Shown here one piece after another: positions 51,906-59,139 of a stretch of DNA of 64,000 nucleotides (positions are counted from its first letter, which is position 1; each line of letters opens with the position of its first letter). The notes beneath the pieces were generated by a model. The model did not search any database, was not told the DNA's origin, and saw only the letters and a list, made by a program, of their open reading frames with translations. The position numbers and the translations under genes are program-made. Source of the stretch: an uncultured Coriobacteriia bacterium (GTDB lineage: Bacteria; Actinomycetota; Coriobacteriia; Coriobacteriales; QAMH01); contig CABRZR010000006.1 in assembly GCA_902475535.1 (NCBI GenBank), positions 22,720 to 86,719 on the forward strand, in the 5' to 3' direction.

Positions 51906-52036
51906 GAATGTACCCCCCTTTCATTTCTAACTCTTACTCTTCTCTTACTCTCCACTTGATGGTGCATCTGGCCTGACCTTGATAACCACCTCCCAATAAC
52001 ACGTCCTACCTAGAGCTAGTGCTCGTGAAATCAGTG

Positions 52037-52240
52037 TTAGGCGCCGGGCGCCTTGGGAGCCGCGCCGGGTGCCTTGGGAGCCGCACCGGGAGCGGTGGGA
52101 GCACCAGTGGGTGCAGCCGCATCGGGCTCGGCAAGAGGTGCGCCGCACTTCTTGCAATTCGTCGCCTCAGGCGGATTGAAGGACCCACACTTCTCGCAGG
52201 TCTTCATCATGTCGTCGAACGATGGTGGTCTAAAACACAT
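52037..52240 (-). CDS. Zinc-ribbon mini-protein (67 aa), paralog 2, with Pro/Ala/Lys repeat tail
   Basis: The sequence begins MCFRPPSFDDMMKTCEKCGSFNPPEATNCKKCGA and continues with AAPTGAPTAPGAAPKAPGAAPKAPGA. The tail is encoded by a 21-nt tandem DNA repeat at about 52041-52082. The RBS-like GGGAAGGGG lies upstream. Confidence 0.65.
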   Translation of the reverse strand: MCFRPPSFDDMMKTCEKCGSFNPPEATNCKKCGAPLAEPDAAAPTGAPTAPGAAPKAPGAAPKAPGA

Positions 52241-52276
52241 TTGCTAATGCCCCTTCCCTTTTCGAAAGAATTAAGC

Positions 52277-52324
52277 GTTCGCGCATCGATCACATGTGGA
52301 GGGTGGGATAAGCGATGCGCGAAC
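52277..52324 (-). promoter_or_regulatory. 12-bp perfect inverted repeat (leader hairpin or terminator) upstream of the molybdoenzyme operon
   Basis: GTTCGCGCATCG (52277-52288) pairs with CGATGCGCGAAC (52313-52324) across a 24-nt loop. On the minus strand it is followed by GCTTAATTCTTTCG. It ends 36 nt before the zinc-ribbon start codon. Confidence 0.45.
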
Positions 52325-52370
52325 AGTGCGAAAGGTAACATCTGGGTAACGTCTCAAACATCGCTCAGGG

Positions 52371-52439
52371 CATACTAAAGACCAGGTCTGTGGCGTTTTA
52401 GTATGTCTGGTACTAGGGTGCTTTCGGCAAAGACCAGAC
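52371..52439. promoter_or_regulatory. Cluster of dyads/repeats (CATACTAAA/TTTAGTATG; TCTGGTACTA; AAAGACCAG x2) upstream of the molybdoenzyme operon
   Basis: 9-bp inverted repeat at 52371-52379 / 52397-52405. TCTGGTACTA at 52406-52415. AAAGACCAG at 52377-52385 and 52429-52437. GTCTGGT/ACCAGAC inverted repeat at 52405-52411 / 52433-52439. Confidence 0.4.
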
Positions 52440-52500
52440 GGCTTTGCGGCCTATAGTGCTCAGAGATATAGACGAGGGTTTGAGATACCGGGCAGACTGC

Positions 52501-52848
52501 TTATTTGCCCTTGACGAAGGCGCGCGCCTTGGGATGAGATGCGAGCCACTCCTCGCTCGGAGGCGTGTTCCTCTCGCACGGCATATCGCCATGATCGTGG
52601 CGGGGCGATTTGGAATTGCCGCACGGGTAGGCGCAGATGTATCCAGAGTAATTGCATTTGACGGGCTTGGGACGAACCGTATCGGTCAAGTCCTCCCCGC
52701 ATCCCTTGCAAACGAGGGGGTCTTTGGAGAGAACGCGTTCCCTTTCGAAGATATTGAGCGTGCCGCATGCCGGGCACGTCGCGGACTTGAGAGGTGCCGG
52801 CTGGCACTTTCCACACATCGGATTGCAGATCCAACATCCACCAGGCAT
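52501..52848 (-). CDS. Cys-rich protein with zinc-ribbon module (third member of the local zinc-ribbon family)
   Basis: The ORF was trimmed to the ATG at 52846-52848, 5 nt after AAGGGAG, giving 115 aa. The sequence begins MPGGCWICNPMCGKCQPAPLKSATCPACGTLN...VCKGCGEDL...CNYSGYICAYPCG. The CPACGTLN...CKGCG module resembles CPECGTFN...CKKCG of the mini-proteins. Confidence 0.6.
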   Translation of the reverse strand: MPGGCWICNPMCGKCQPAPLKSATCPACGTLNIFERERVLSKDPLVCKGCGEDLTDTVRPKPVKCNYSGYICAYPCGNSKSPRHDHGDMPCERNTPPSEEWLASHPKARAFVKGK

Positions 52849-52922
52849 GGACACTCCCTTCTTCATGCAGTCCGGGCAGGGGACCCGTCCCCTGCCCGGA
52901 CCACCGCGCAATTGCCGTTTTC

Positions 52923-53132
52923 CTACTTCGTCTTTCCGTCTGCTATGGATGCCTCTTCGATGTGCTCTTCGGCAGCCTCCACGAAGTTTTCCTCGCTGGC
53001 CGTCCATGCAGAGGGATCCTTGGATTGCTCGGGCTGGGCCTTTGCCCCGCTATCGAGGCCATCGGCAATCGCCGCCTCCTCGATATGCTCGACGGCGGAA
53101 TCGCGCACCTGCTTCTCGTCTTCTGGATACAT
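52923..53132 (-). CDS. Acidic 69-aa mini-protein with internal repeat
   Basis: The sequence is MYPEDEKQVRDSAVEHIEEAAIADGLDSG...FVEAAEEHIEEASIADGKTK. The EHIEEA(A/S)IADG motif occurs twice. It is co-directional with flanking genes and has a weak RBS (AAAGGAAAA). Confidence 0.45.
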   Translation of the reverse strand: MYPEDEKQVRDSAVEHIEEAAIADGLDSGAKAQPEQSKDPSAWTASEENFVEAAEEHIEEASIADGKTK

Positions 53133-53225
53133 GGCTTTTCCTTTCTACGCACCTGACGTTTCTATAGGCAAGGGGAGATGCCTCTCCCCTGCGCTACCGA
53201 CATCATTTACGGGACAAGCATCCTC

Positions 53226-54032
53226 TCATTGCTTCGAGTGGCTTTTCCTCGACGCCTTTTCGGCGGCCTTGATCTTCTGGTCCAGGTCACGCTCCCATTC
53301 CTTGCGCAGCGGTTTCATCTTCACGCGATCGAGAACCGTCGCGATCACGAGAATGGCAAGCGAGACCATGATCATGAGGACGGGAACCGTGACATCGGAC
53401 ATGTTGCGCTGGGCGATGAGGGCGGCGATGATGGTGATGACCGTCGCCGCGGCGATGAGTCCCATCCAAACACGGCGAATCCGTCTAAACTCGGGAGTCG
53501 GAGGCACGTGCTTGTTGCGGGCACGCGAGAGAAAAATCTTGTCGATGTCCGCCTTCGTCGCCCCGTGCTTTCCATGGGACTGCTCGAGGGCCATGGCGTT
53601 GATTCGGTGCCAGGCGTTAATGTCCTCGCGAATCGGACGCGCGCGCCCGAAGGCGATAACCATGCCCGCCACTATCACGATGTTTGCCATGAGCAGGATG
53701 TTGTTTTGGGTATCGCCATCGATGTATCCGTTACTGTACAGATACATCGCGACGAGCATCATGCCAAAGCCAATGACGATGATGACGACCACCAGGATAC
53801 GGTAGAGCTTGAAATCCTTGAAGAGCTGCATGAGGCGCGGGTCGATCTCCATGCCTTGCTTTGCGTTGCGCATGGCGGCATCGACGGCGTTCTTGGTCTG
53901 TTTGGCGTCGCTGTCATCGTCGCGCAATATCTCATCAATACCAACGGCTTGCGCATCCTTGGCGGCAGGCGCACTCGCGGCCTCGCCCGCCTCGCGTCGT
54001 TCGGCCGCTCTCTTTCGCTTCGTGGCACTCAT
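53226..54032 (-). CDS. Four-TM membrane protein of unknown function (tandem paralog B)
   Basis: 268-aa ORF whose start overlaps the stop of paralog A by 4 nt (ATGA). It shares with paralog A the motifs PEFRRIRRVWMGL versus PEYKRLRRIWLAL, and DRVKMKPLRKEWERD versus DRTKMRPMRVEWARG. Confidence 0.7.
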   Translation of the reverse strand: MSATKRKRAAERREAGEAASAPAAKDAQAVGIDEILRDDDSDAKQTKNAVDAAMRNAKQGMEIDPRLMQLFKDFKLYRILVVVIIVIGFGMMLVAMYLYSNGYIDGDTQNNILLMANIVIVAGMVIAFGRARPIREDINAWHRINAMALEQSHGKHGATKADIDKIFLSRARNKHVPPTPEFRRIRRVWMGLIAAATVITIIAALIAQRNMSDVTVPVLMIMVSLAILVIATVLDRVKMKPLRKEWERDLDQKIKAAEKASRKSHSKQ

Positions 54033-54826
54033 TTTTGACCCGCCTTAATCTCGCGCATGTTATCGCGTAACTGCATCTCCGTCATTCCATAGCCACGCGC
54101 CCATTCGACGCGCATGGGCCTCATCTTCGTCCGGTCCATGTAGAACGCCACGATCACCAGGGCAAAGGCAACGAGAAGTAGCAAGGTTGCAGGAATGTTC
54201 AGGGCCGGGTACAGGTAATAGAGCACAAGAGCGGTTACACCGACCACAAGCGCCGCGGCATACAGGGCAAGCCAGATGCGCCTGAGCCGCTTGTATTCCG
54301 GGAGGTCGGGAATGACCTCGGTACGCACATCCCGCTCAAGAATCTTGTAGAGATCGTCCATGTCCCTGAACTGGGCCATGCTGTCGATTTTCACGCCGTC
54401 GGGCGCATTGTCGTCACGAATCTCGGAGAGCGGTTTTCCCTCAAGTTGCTTGATCCTCTTCCTGCACGGACGCGTGCGCGTGAAGATCGTGATGGCCATG
54501 AGGAGAATGAAGAGGTAGGCGACCGACATCGCGATGTTGTAGATCTTCACGGGCATGATACCGTTGAGATTCAGACCGACGGCAATCATCAGAAGCGCAA
54601 AACCGCATGCGCCCAAGACCCAGGCGAGCATGCGGTATCGTCGCAATTCTCCCGTCAAATAGGCGTGAAAACGATCGGCCTCCTCGCCCTCGGCGGTTTT
54701 TCGCGTTACGACGTCATCTTGTCGAGCGTGTGCCTCGTCTTTGCGTGCGGCATCGCCCGTATCGGATGCGGACACACCATCCGTAACGCGCTCGTCTTCT
54801 TCCAGCATGTTTCCTCCCGATGACAT
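54029..54826 (-). CDS. Four-TM membrane protein of unknown function (tandem paralog A)
   Basis: The ORF was trimmed to the ATG at 54824-54826; the ATG at 54806-54808, after GGGAGGA, is an alternative. This removes the overlap with the upstream gene, whose stop lies 2 nt away. The product is about 265 aa. Confidence 0.65.
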   Translation of the reverse strand: MSSGGNMLEEDERVTDGVSASDTGDAARKDEAHARQDDVVTRKTAEGEEADRFHAYLTGELRRYRMLAWVLGACGFALLMIAVGLNLNGIMPVKIYNIAMSVAYLFILLMAITIFTRTRPCRKRIKQLEGKPLSEIRDDNAPDGVKIDSMAQFRDMDDLYKILERDVRTEVIPDLPEYKRLRRIWLALYAAALVVGVTALVLYYLYPALNIPATLLLLVAFALVIVAFYMDRTKMRPMRVEWARGYGMTEMQLRDNMREIKAGQK

Positions 54827-54828
54827 GT

Positions 54829-56136
54829 CTACAGCTCCATCGCCATCTCGAGACCGTTCTCGAGTGGATTTGCGTAATAGGATTCCAAGGTGCCGATATT
54901 GCGAAAACCCAGGGCCTTGTAGAAGGCGATAGCCCCCGCGTTGCTCTCGCGCACGGTCAAGCGCAGCACGTGCGCTCCGCGCGCACGGCTCATCTGCCCG
55001 GCCCTGATGACGAGCAACCTTCCCAGGCCTTGTCGTCGCGCCGTTTGCGCAACGGCAATTTGGCATATGTAGGATTCGTCACCCCGCACCCACACGCCGA
55101 CATAGCCCAACACCGCCCCCGCACGGTCCACGATCACCTCGTAGCGTGCATCGTGGTTGTAGCGCAGCTCGCTTACATAGGCGAGGGGGCTCCACGGGTC
55201 TGGGAATGACGTCGTTTCGATTGCCATGACCTGCCCCAGATGAGACTCGCGCATGGGCAGTGCGGAGATGCCGCCACCGAGCTCTATCGGCAAGATGCCC
55301 ATGGCTTGCTCCGATTCCAGGGCATCGCCCTCATGATCTCCGCCCGGTTTACGAGCCGTGATGACGAAGGTCGGGGTATCGAACAGGTAGTCTTCGTCCT
55401 CGAACATCGACTCCCACTGCGCGAGAAGATCGTCTATCTCTTGCGAGATGTCTTGTTCGAGCCCCCGTGGCTTGGCGCGTCTGAAATACGTCATGCGCTC
55501 GAACAGGCCACGTCTTTGCTCGACGGACATACCCGCCGTATTCGCATGCACGATATCGAGGGCGATGTGCACGAACCCGGCATCGCGCAGAAGAGCGGGG
55601 CATTTCGCCCCGAAGTTCCTATCGGTATGCGCCGTGTGCGCAACCCGGGGCAGCACATGCCCTTCGTACAGACGAAACAAGCGACGCATGACATCGGTAT
55701 CGTCTGGGTGAGAAAGCTTTGCGGAATCATCAACCGCTTTGATGACAATGCTACCGCCAGGATTGAGCAGGGCATATGCCTTCTGGATAGCGGCCTTCTT
55801 GTCATCCAGGTGTTGCAGGACGTGCGAGAAGTAGACAACGTCGAAGGAATCATCCGGGACGTAATCCTGCAGGCTCGCGCACTCCCAGGAGAACCTCGCG
55901 TCCGTCGTGGCATCTTTCGCATCATCTATCGCATCTTGAAGCGGATCTATGCCGACGACCTTCGACAAGCCCGCGTATGGAGCAAACTTGAGCACCGTGT
56001 TGAAGCCGTCGAAACAGCCGACGTCGAGCACGCGGGCGGCATTCATGCCATCAAGCCCGATGCGCTCGAATGCCCGGTAGTCGGCATCGGCGCCCAGGCG
56101 CGCGACGGCATCAATATGTTCCTTGCTCCAAGACAC
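54829..56136 (-). CDS. Fusion protein: class I SAM-dependent methyltransferase (N-terminal) + RimI-like GNAT N-acetyltransferase (C-terminal)
   Basis: 435-aa ORF. The methyltransferase motif I is VLDVGCFDGFNT, with post-I and motif II LNPGGSIVIK. The C-terminal segment, PWSPLAYVSEL...YICQIAVAQTARRQGLGRLLV...LRLTVRESNAGAIAFYKALGF...YYANPLENGLEM, resembles ribosomal-protein-alanine acetyltransferase. Confidence 0.8.
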   Translation of the reverse strand: MSWSKEHIDAVARLGADADYRAFERIGLDGMNAARVLDVGCFDGFNTVLKFAPYAGLSKVVGIDPLQDAIDDAKDATTDARFSWECASLQDYVPDDSFDVVYFSHVLQHLDDKKAAIQKAYALLNPGGSIVIKAVDDSAKLSHPDDTDVMRRLFRLYEGHVLPRVAHTAHTDRNFGAKCPALLRDAGFVHIALDIVHANTAGMSVEQRRGLFERMTYFRRAKPRGLEQDISQEIDDLLAQWESMFEDEDYLFDTPTFVITARKPGGDHEGDALESEQAMGILPIELGGGISALPMRESHLGQVMAIETTSFPDPWSPLAYVSELRYNHDARYEVIVDRAGAVLGYVGVWVRGDESYICQIAVAQTARRQGLGRLLVIRAGQMSRARGAHVLRLTVRESNAGAIAFYKALGFRNIGTLESYYANPLENGLEMAMEL

Positions 56137-56207
56137 CGATACGACACCCCTCGCCTTCTGTCCCTGCCCTCACGATGGAGATCCCGTTCGGGGCAGGCCC
56201 CATATCC

Positions 56208-57080
56208 CTAACTGCGACGACCGCAAGCACCCCTTTGGGCACGCGCAGCTTCCTTCAACATCTCCATTTCGGAATCGGAGAGCACCGCATCGTCCGCGAA
56301 CACGGCAATATCGGATTCGATCTGCTCTACCGAATGAACGTTGCATGACACGCTGCGCACGTTTTCGAGGGATTTCACGAACATGAGCCCCCATTCGACA
56401 CTCGACCTGTGCGCGCCACCCTGGCGAAGCACTGCCAGGGCATCCTCTTTCAGAAGACTTGCGGGGCCCACGCGCAGAGCCCCATGGGCGAGAATGGGCA
56501 CACCGGCCTCGCTGGCGATTTCGTAGGCTTCGCGTGTCCTGCCTTCGAACCAGTCGAAGAAGTTGATCCTCATGCGCACGAAATCCCATGGATAGCGCTT
56601 CAGGAACTTTGCCAGCTCATCAGGGGACAGCTCGGAGTTGAAGCCAATCTGTGCGATCTGACCGGCCTCCTTGCGCTCAAAGAAGTAGTCAATCGCGCCG
56701 GATTCGACGTTGACCTCCTTGTTGATGTCGGTCACGCCCTCAATTGCGTAGAAGTCGATGCACTCCTTGCCAAGCTTCTTGAGCTGCTTCTGAAACACGT
56801 ACTCGTAACGAGGGTCGACCATCTCGAAAAAGCTCGTGCACACATGCAGCGGCTTGGTGACCTTTGCGAATTCATCGCCGAGGAAACTCTCCGCCTCGCC
56901 CTTGTGATTCGAATATGAGGTGTCGAAGAAATCGACTCCCCCGTCAATCGCCGCCTGGAATATCGCCGAAGCCGTCTTTACGTCGAGATGGACGACACGA
57001 GAGCTGTCCTCGGTCGGAAAGCGCTTTGTCCCGAGTCCGAGACGCGATATCTTGCATCCGTTGACCGTGCCGTACTGCAT
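56208..57080 (-). CDS. Aldo/keto reductase family oxidoreductase
   Basis: 290-aa ORF. The N-terminus ISRLGLGTKRF...AIDGGVDFFDTSYSNHKGEAESFLG has the AKR pattern, including the D-x4-Y region. Confidence 0.75.
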   Translation of the reverse strand: MQYGTVNGCKISRLGLGTKRFPTEDSSRVVHLDVKTASAIFQAAIDGGVDFFDTSYSNHKGEAESFLGDEFAKVTKPLHVCTSFFEMVDPRYEYVFQKQLKKLGKECIDFYAIEGVTDINKEVNVESGAIDYFFERKEAGQIAQIGFNSELSPDELAKFLKRYPWDFVRMRINFFDWFEGRTREAYEIASEAGVPILAHGALRVGPASLLKEDALAVLRQGGAHRSSVEWGLMFVKSLENVRSVSCNVHSVEQIESDIAVFADDAVLSDSEMEMLKEAARAQRGACGRRS

Positions 57081-57115
57081 GGGTCCGTACCTCCCTTAAG
57101 CTGACATGCCGTGCG

Positions 57116-59047
57116 CTACTCCTGCATCAACGCGTATACGGCGTTCGAATACCGTGTGAAATCGGGAATGTCGAGCCCCTCGGCGAGCATCGACTGTCCA
57201 TAGAGGATGAAGGCATAGCGCTCGACGAGCTCGTTGTCATGTGCCTCGAACGCCTTGCGCATGACATCGAAGATGCCGTGCTCGGGATTGAGCTCGAGGG
57301 CATGACGTATCTGGGGTAGCGCCGTCGAACGCTCCTGCATGGACGCAAAGTATCTCTCGAGGCCCAGACTCACCTGTCCGATGGACGTGATGCACGCCGG
57401 CTCCCTGTCAAGATGCAGCGTGGAGCGCACCTCCACGACATCGGCCGGCAGGCAATCGCGCACATACGTGAAAAACGCGGAGTTTTCCTCGTCGATCGCG
57501 CGTTTGCGCATGAGGCTTTCGGCATCATCGAGAACGAGGTCATCTGCCGAGACGTTCTTGATGGGAAGGCCATCATATTCTCGCAGGGTCATCAGGCTAA
57601 ACTCGTCGATGCCCTCGGAGCACAGGATGACGTCCCATCCCCTTTCGGTCACGGCCTTCACGGATGTCGTGGATTCGAGCTTGCGTGCCTCGTCGCCGGA
57701 CGCAAACAAGATGCACGGCTGGTCACTTGGCATGGCGTCACGGTATTCGCGCAGGGTCATGGGGTCATCCGATTGGGCGGTAAAGAAAAGCAACAGGTCC
57801 TCGAGCTTCTCATTGAGCGCCCCCAAGGTCGCGTAGATGGCGAACTTGAAGGTGCGTCCGAAGCCCGAGAAGAAATCGACATAGGTCTCGCGCTCCTCAT
57901 CGCGCATGACGGCGAACTCGTGGCAGAGGCGCTTGTCGATTTGCGCGGCGATGTCCTGCAAGAACGGATCTTCCTGGATGCCTTCGCGCGACAGGCTGAT
58001 GCTTATGTCGGGACTATCGACAACGCCACGGACGAAGCCAAAATACTCAGGAACCAAGTCGGCGTAGAGCTCGTCGATCATGACGCCCGAGCTATAGAGC
58101 TTGAGGCCCTTCTTGTAGTCCCTGCTGTAGAAGTCGCCCGAGGGCTCGGACGGCACGAATAGAAGCACGTCGCAATTGTGCAGACCACGTGCATGCATCG
58201 TGATGATACGTAACGGCGGATGGGGATCGCCGAACTCCTCTTGGTAGAACGCCGCGTATTCCTCGTCGCTCACCTCGCTGCGGGGCTTTGCCCAGATGGG
58301 AACCATGGAATTGAGGACGCGACGCTCGACGTATTCCTCGAACTCGGGCTCGGCGTCAATGGCTCCATCTTCGGGAACGACCTGACGCACGCCGCTCGTC
58401 TCGAGGTAGATCGGATAGCGGATATAGTTGCTGTGACGCTTCACGAGCTCCTCGAGCGCGGGATACGACAGGAACTTGGTGTAATCGTTGGCCGCGTCAT
58501 TGGGACGAAGGTGCAAGATGACGTCCGTGCCCGCATGGTCCCTTTCGGCACGGTCGATGGTGAAGCCCTCGATGCCGTCGCTTTCCCAGACAAACGCCTC
58601 GTCCGACCCCTGCGCGCGCGAGATGACGCTCACGTGATCGGCCACCATGAAGCTGGAATAGAAACCCACGCCAAACTGCCCGATGATATCCGCATCGCCT
58701 TCGCCATCGGTCATCTCGGCGAGTTTTGCCTCCTGGCTTGACGAATGGGCAATCGTTCCCAGTTCGCGCTCGAGGGCGACATCGTTCATGCCGATGCCGT
58801 TATCGCTCACGGTGATGGTGCCAGCATCGACATCGAAGGCGAGCTCGATGGCGGGCTCCCAGCCATCCTCGACGAGCTGGGATTCGCCATCCGCATGGTC
58901 GGCAGCCTGGGACCGCATAATCATGACCTTGTCGATCGAATCCGAGGCATTCGATATCAGCTCGCGCAGGAAGACTTCCTTGGTCGAGTAGATGGAGTTG
59001 ATGACAATATCCAGAATCTTCTTGCTCTCGGTCTTAAACTCGTGCAT
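57116..59047 (-). CDS. htpG: Hsp90-family molecular chaperone HtpG
   Basis: 643-aa ORF. The N-terminus FKTESKKILDIVINSIYSTKEVFLRELISNASDSIDK and the motifs GQFGVGFYS and NLSRE-like SLSRE are HtpG hallmarks. Confidence 0.92.
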   Translation of the reverse strand: MHEFKTESKKILDIVINSIYSTKEVFLRELISNASDSIDKVMIMRSQAADHADGESQLVEDGWEPAIELAFDVDAGTITVSDNGIGMNDVALERELGTIAHSSSQEAKLAEMTDGEGDADIIGQFGVGFYSSFMVADHVSVISRAQGSDEAFVWESDGIEGFTIDRAERDHAGTDVILHLRPNDAANDYTKFLSYPALEELVKRHSNYIRYPIYLETSGVRQVVPEDGAIDAEPEFEEYVERRVLNSMVPIWAKPRSEVSDEEYAAFYQEEFGDPHPPLRIITMHARGLHNCDVLLFVPSEPSGDFYSRDYKKGLKLYSSGVMIDELYADLVPEYFGFVRGVVDSPDISISLSREGIQEDPFLQDIAAQIDKRLCHEFAVMRDEERETYVDFFSGFGRTFKFAIYATLGALNEKLEDLLLFFTAQSDDPMTLREYRDAMPSDQPCILFASGDEARKLESTTSVKAVTERGWDVILCSEGIDEFSLMTLREYDGLPIKNVSADDLVLDDAESLMRKRAIDEENSAFFTYVRDCLPADVVEVRSTLHLDREPACITSIGQVSLGLERYFASMQERSTALPQIRHALELNPEHGIFDVMRKAFEAHDNELVERYAFILYGQSMLAEGLDIPDFTRYSNAVYALMQE

Positions 59048-59139
59048 TGAAACCCTCCATCAACTCGTGCCCGAAACTCCTGTCCTGACCAGATACGTCG
59101 ATGCGATGACGACTCGCAACCAAACAAACCCTCACGTTG

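Noticed and set aside
52849-53007. N-terminal extension of the Cys-rich ORF overlapping the acidic mini-ORF
   Set aside because: The extension is Arg/Gly-rich and has no RBS. The internal ATG at 52846-52848 has AAGGGAG 5 nt upstream.
52444-53805. 453-aa ORF on the plus strand
   Set aside because: It runs antisense across three separate minus-strand genes and their intergenic gaps. Its Ser/Arg/Ala/Met-rich sequence shows no domain signature.
54827-55066. 80-codon N-terminal extension of membrane paralog A
   Set aside because: It overlaps the GNAT domain of the upstream fusion gene in another frame. Paralog B and the internal ATG both support the shorter form.
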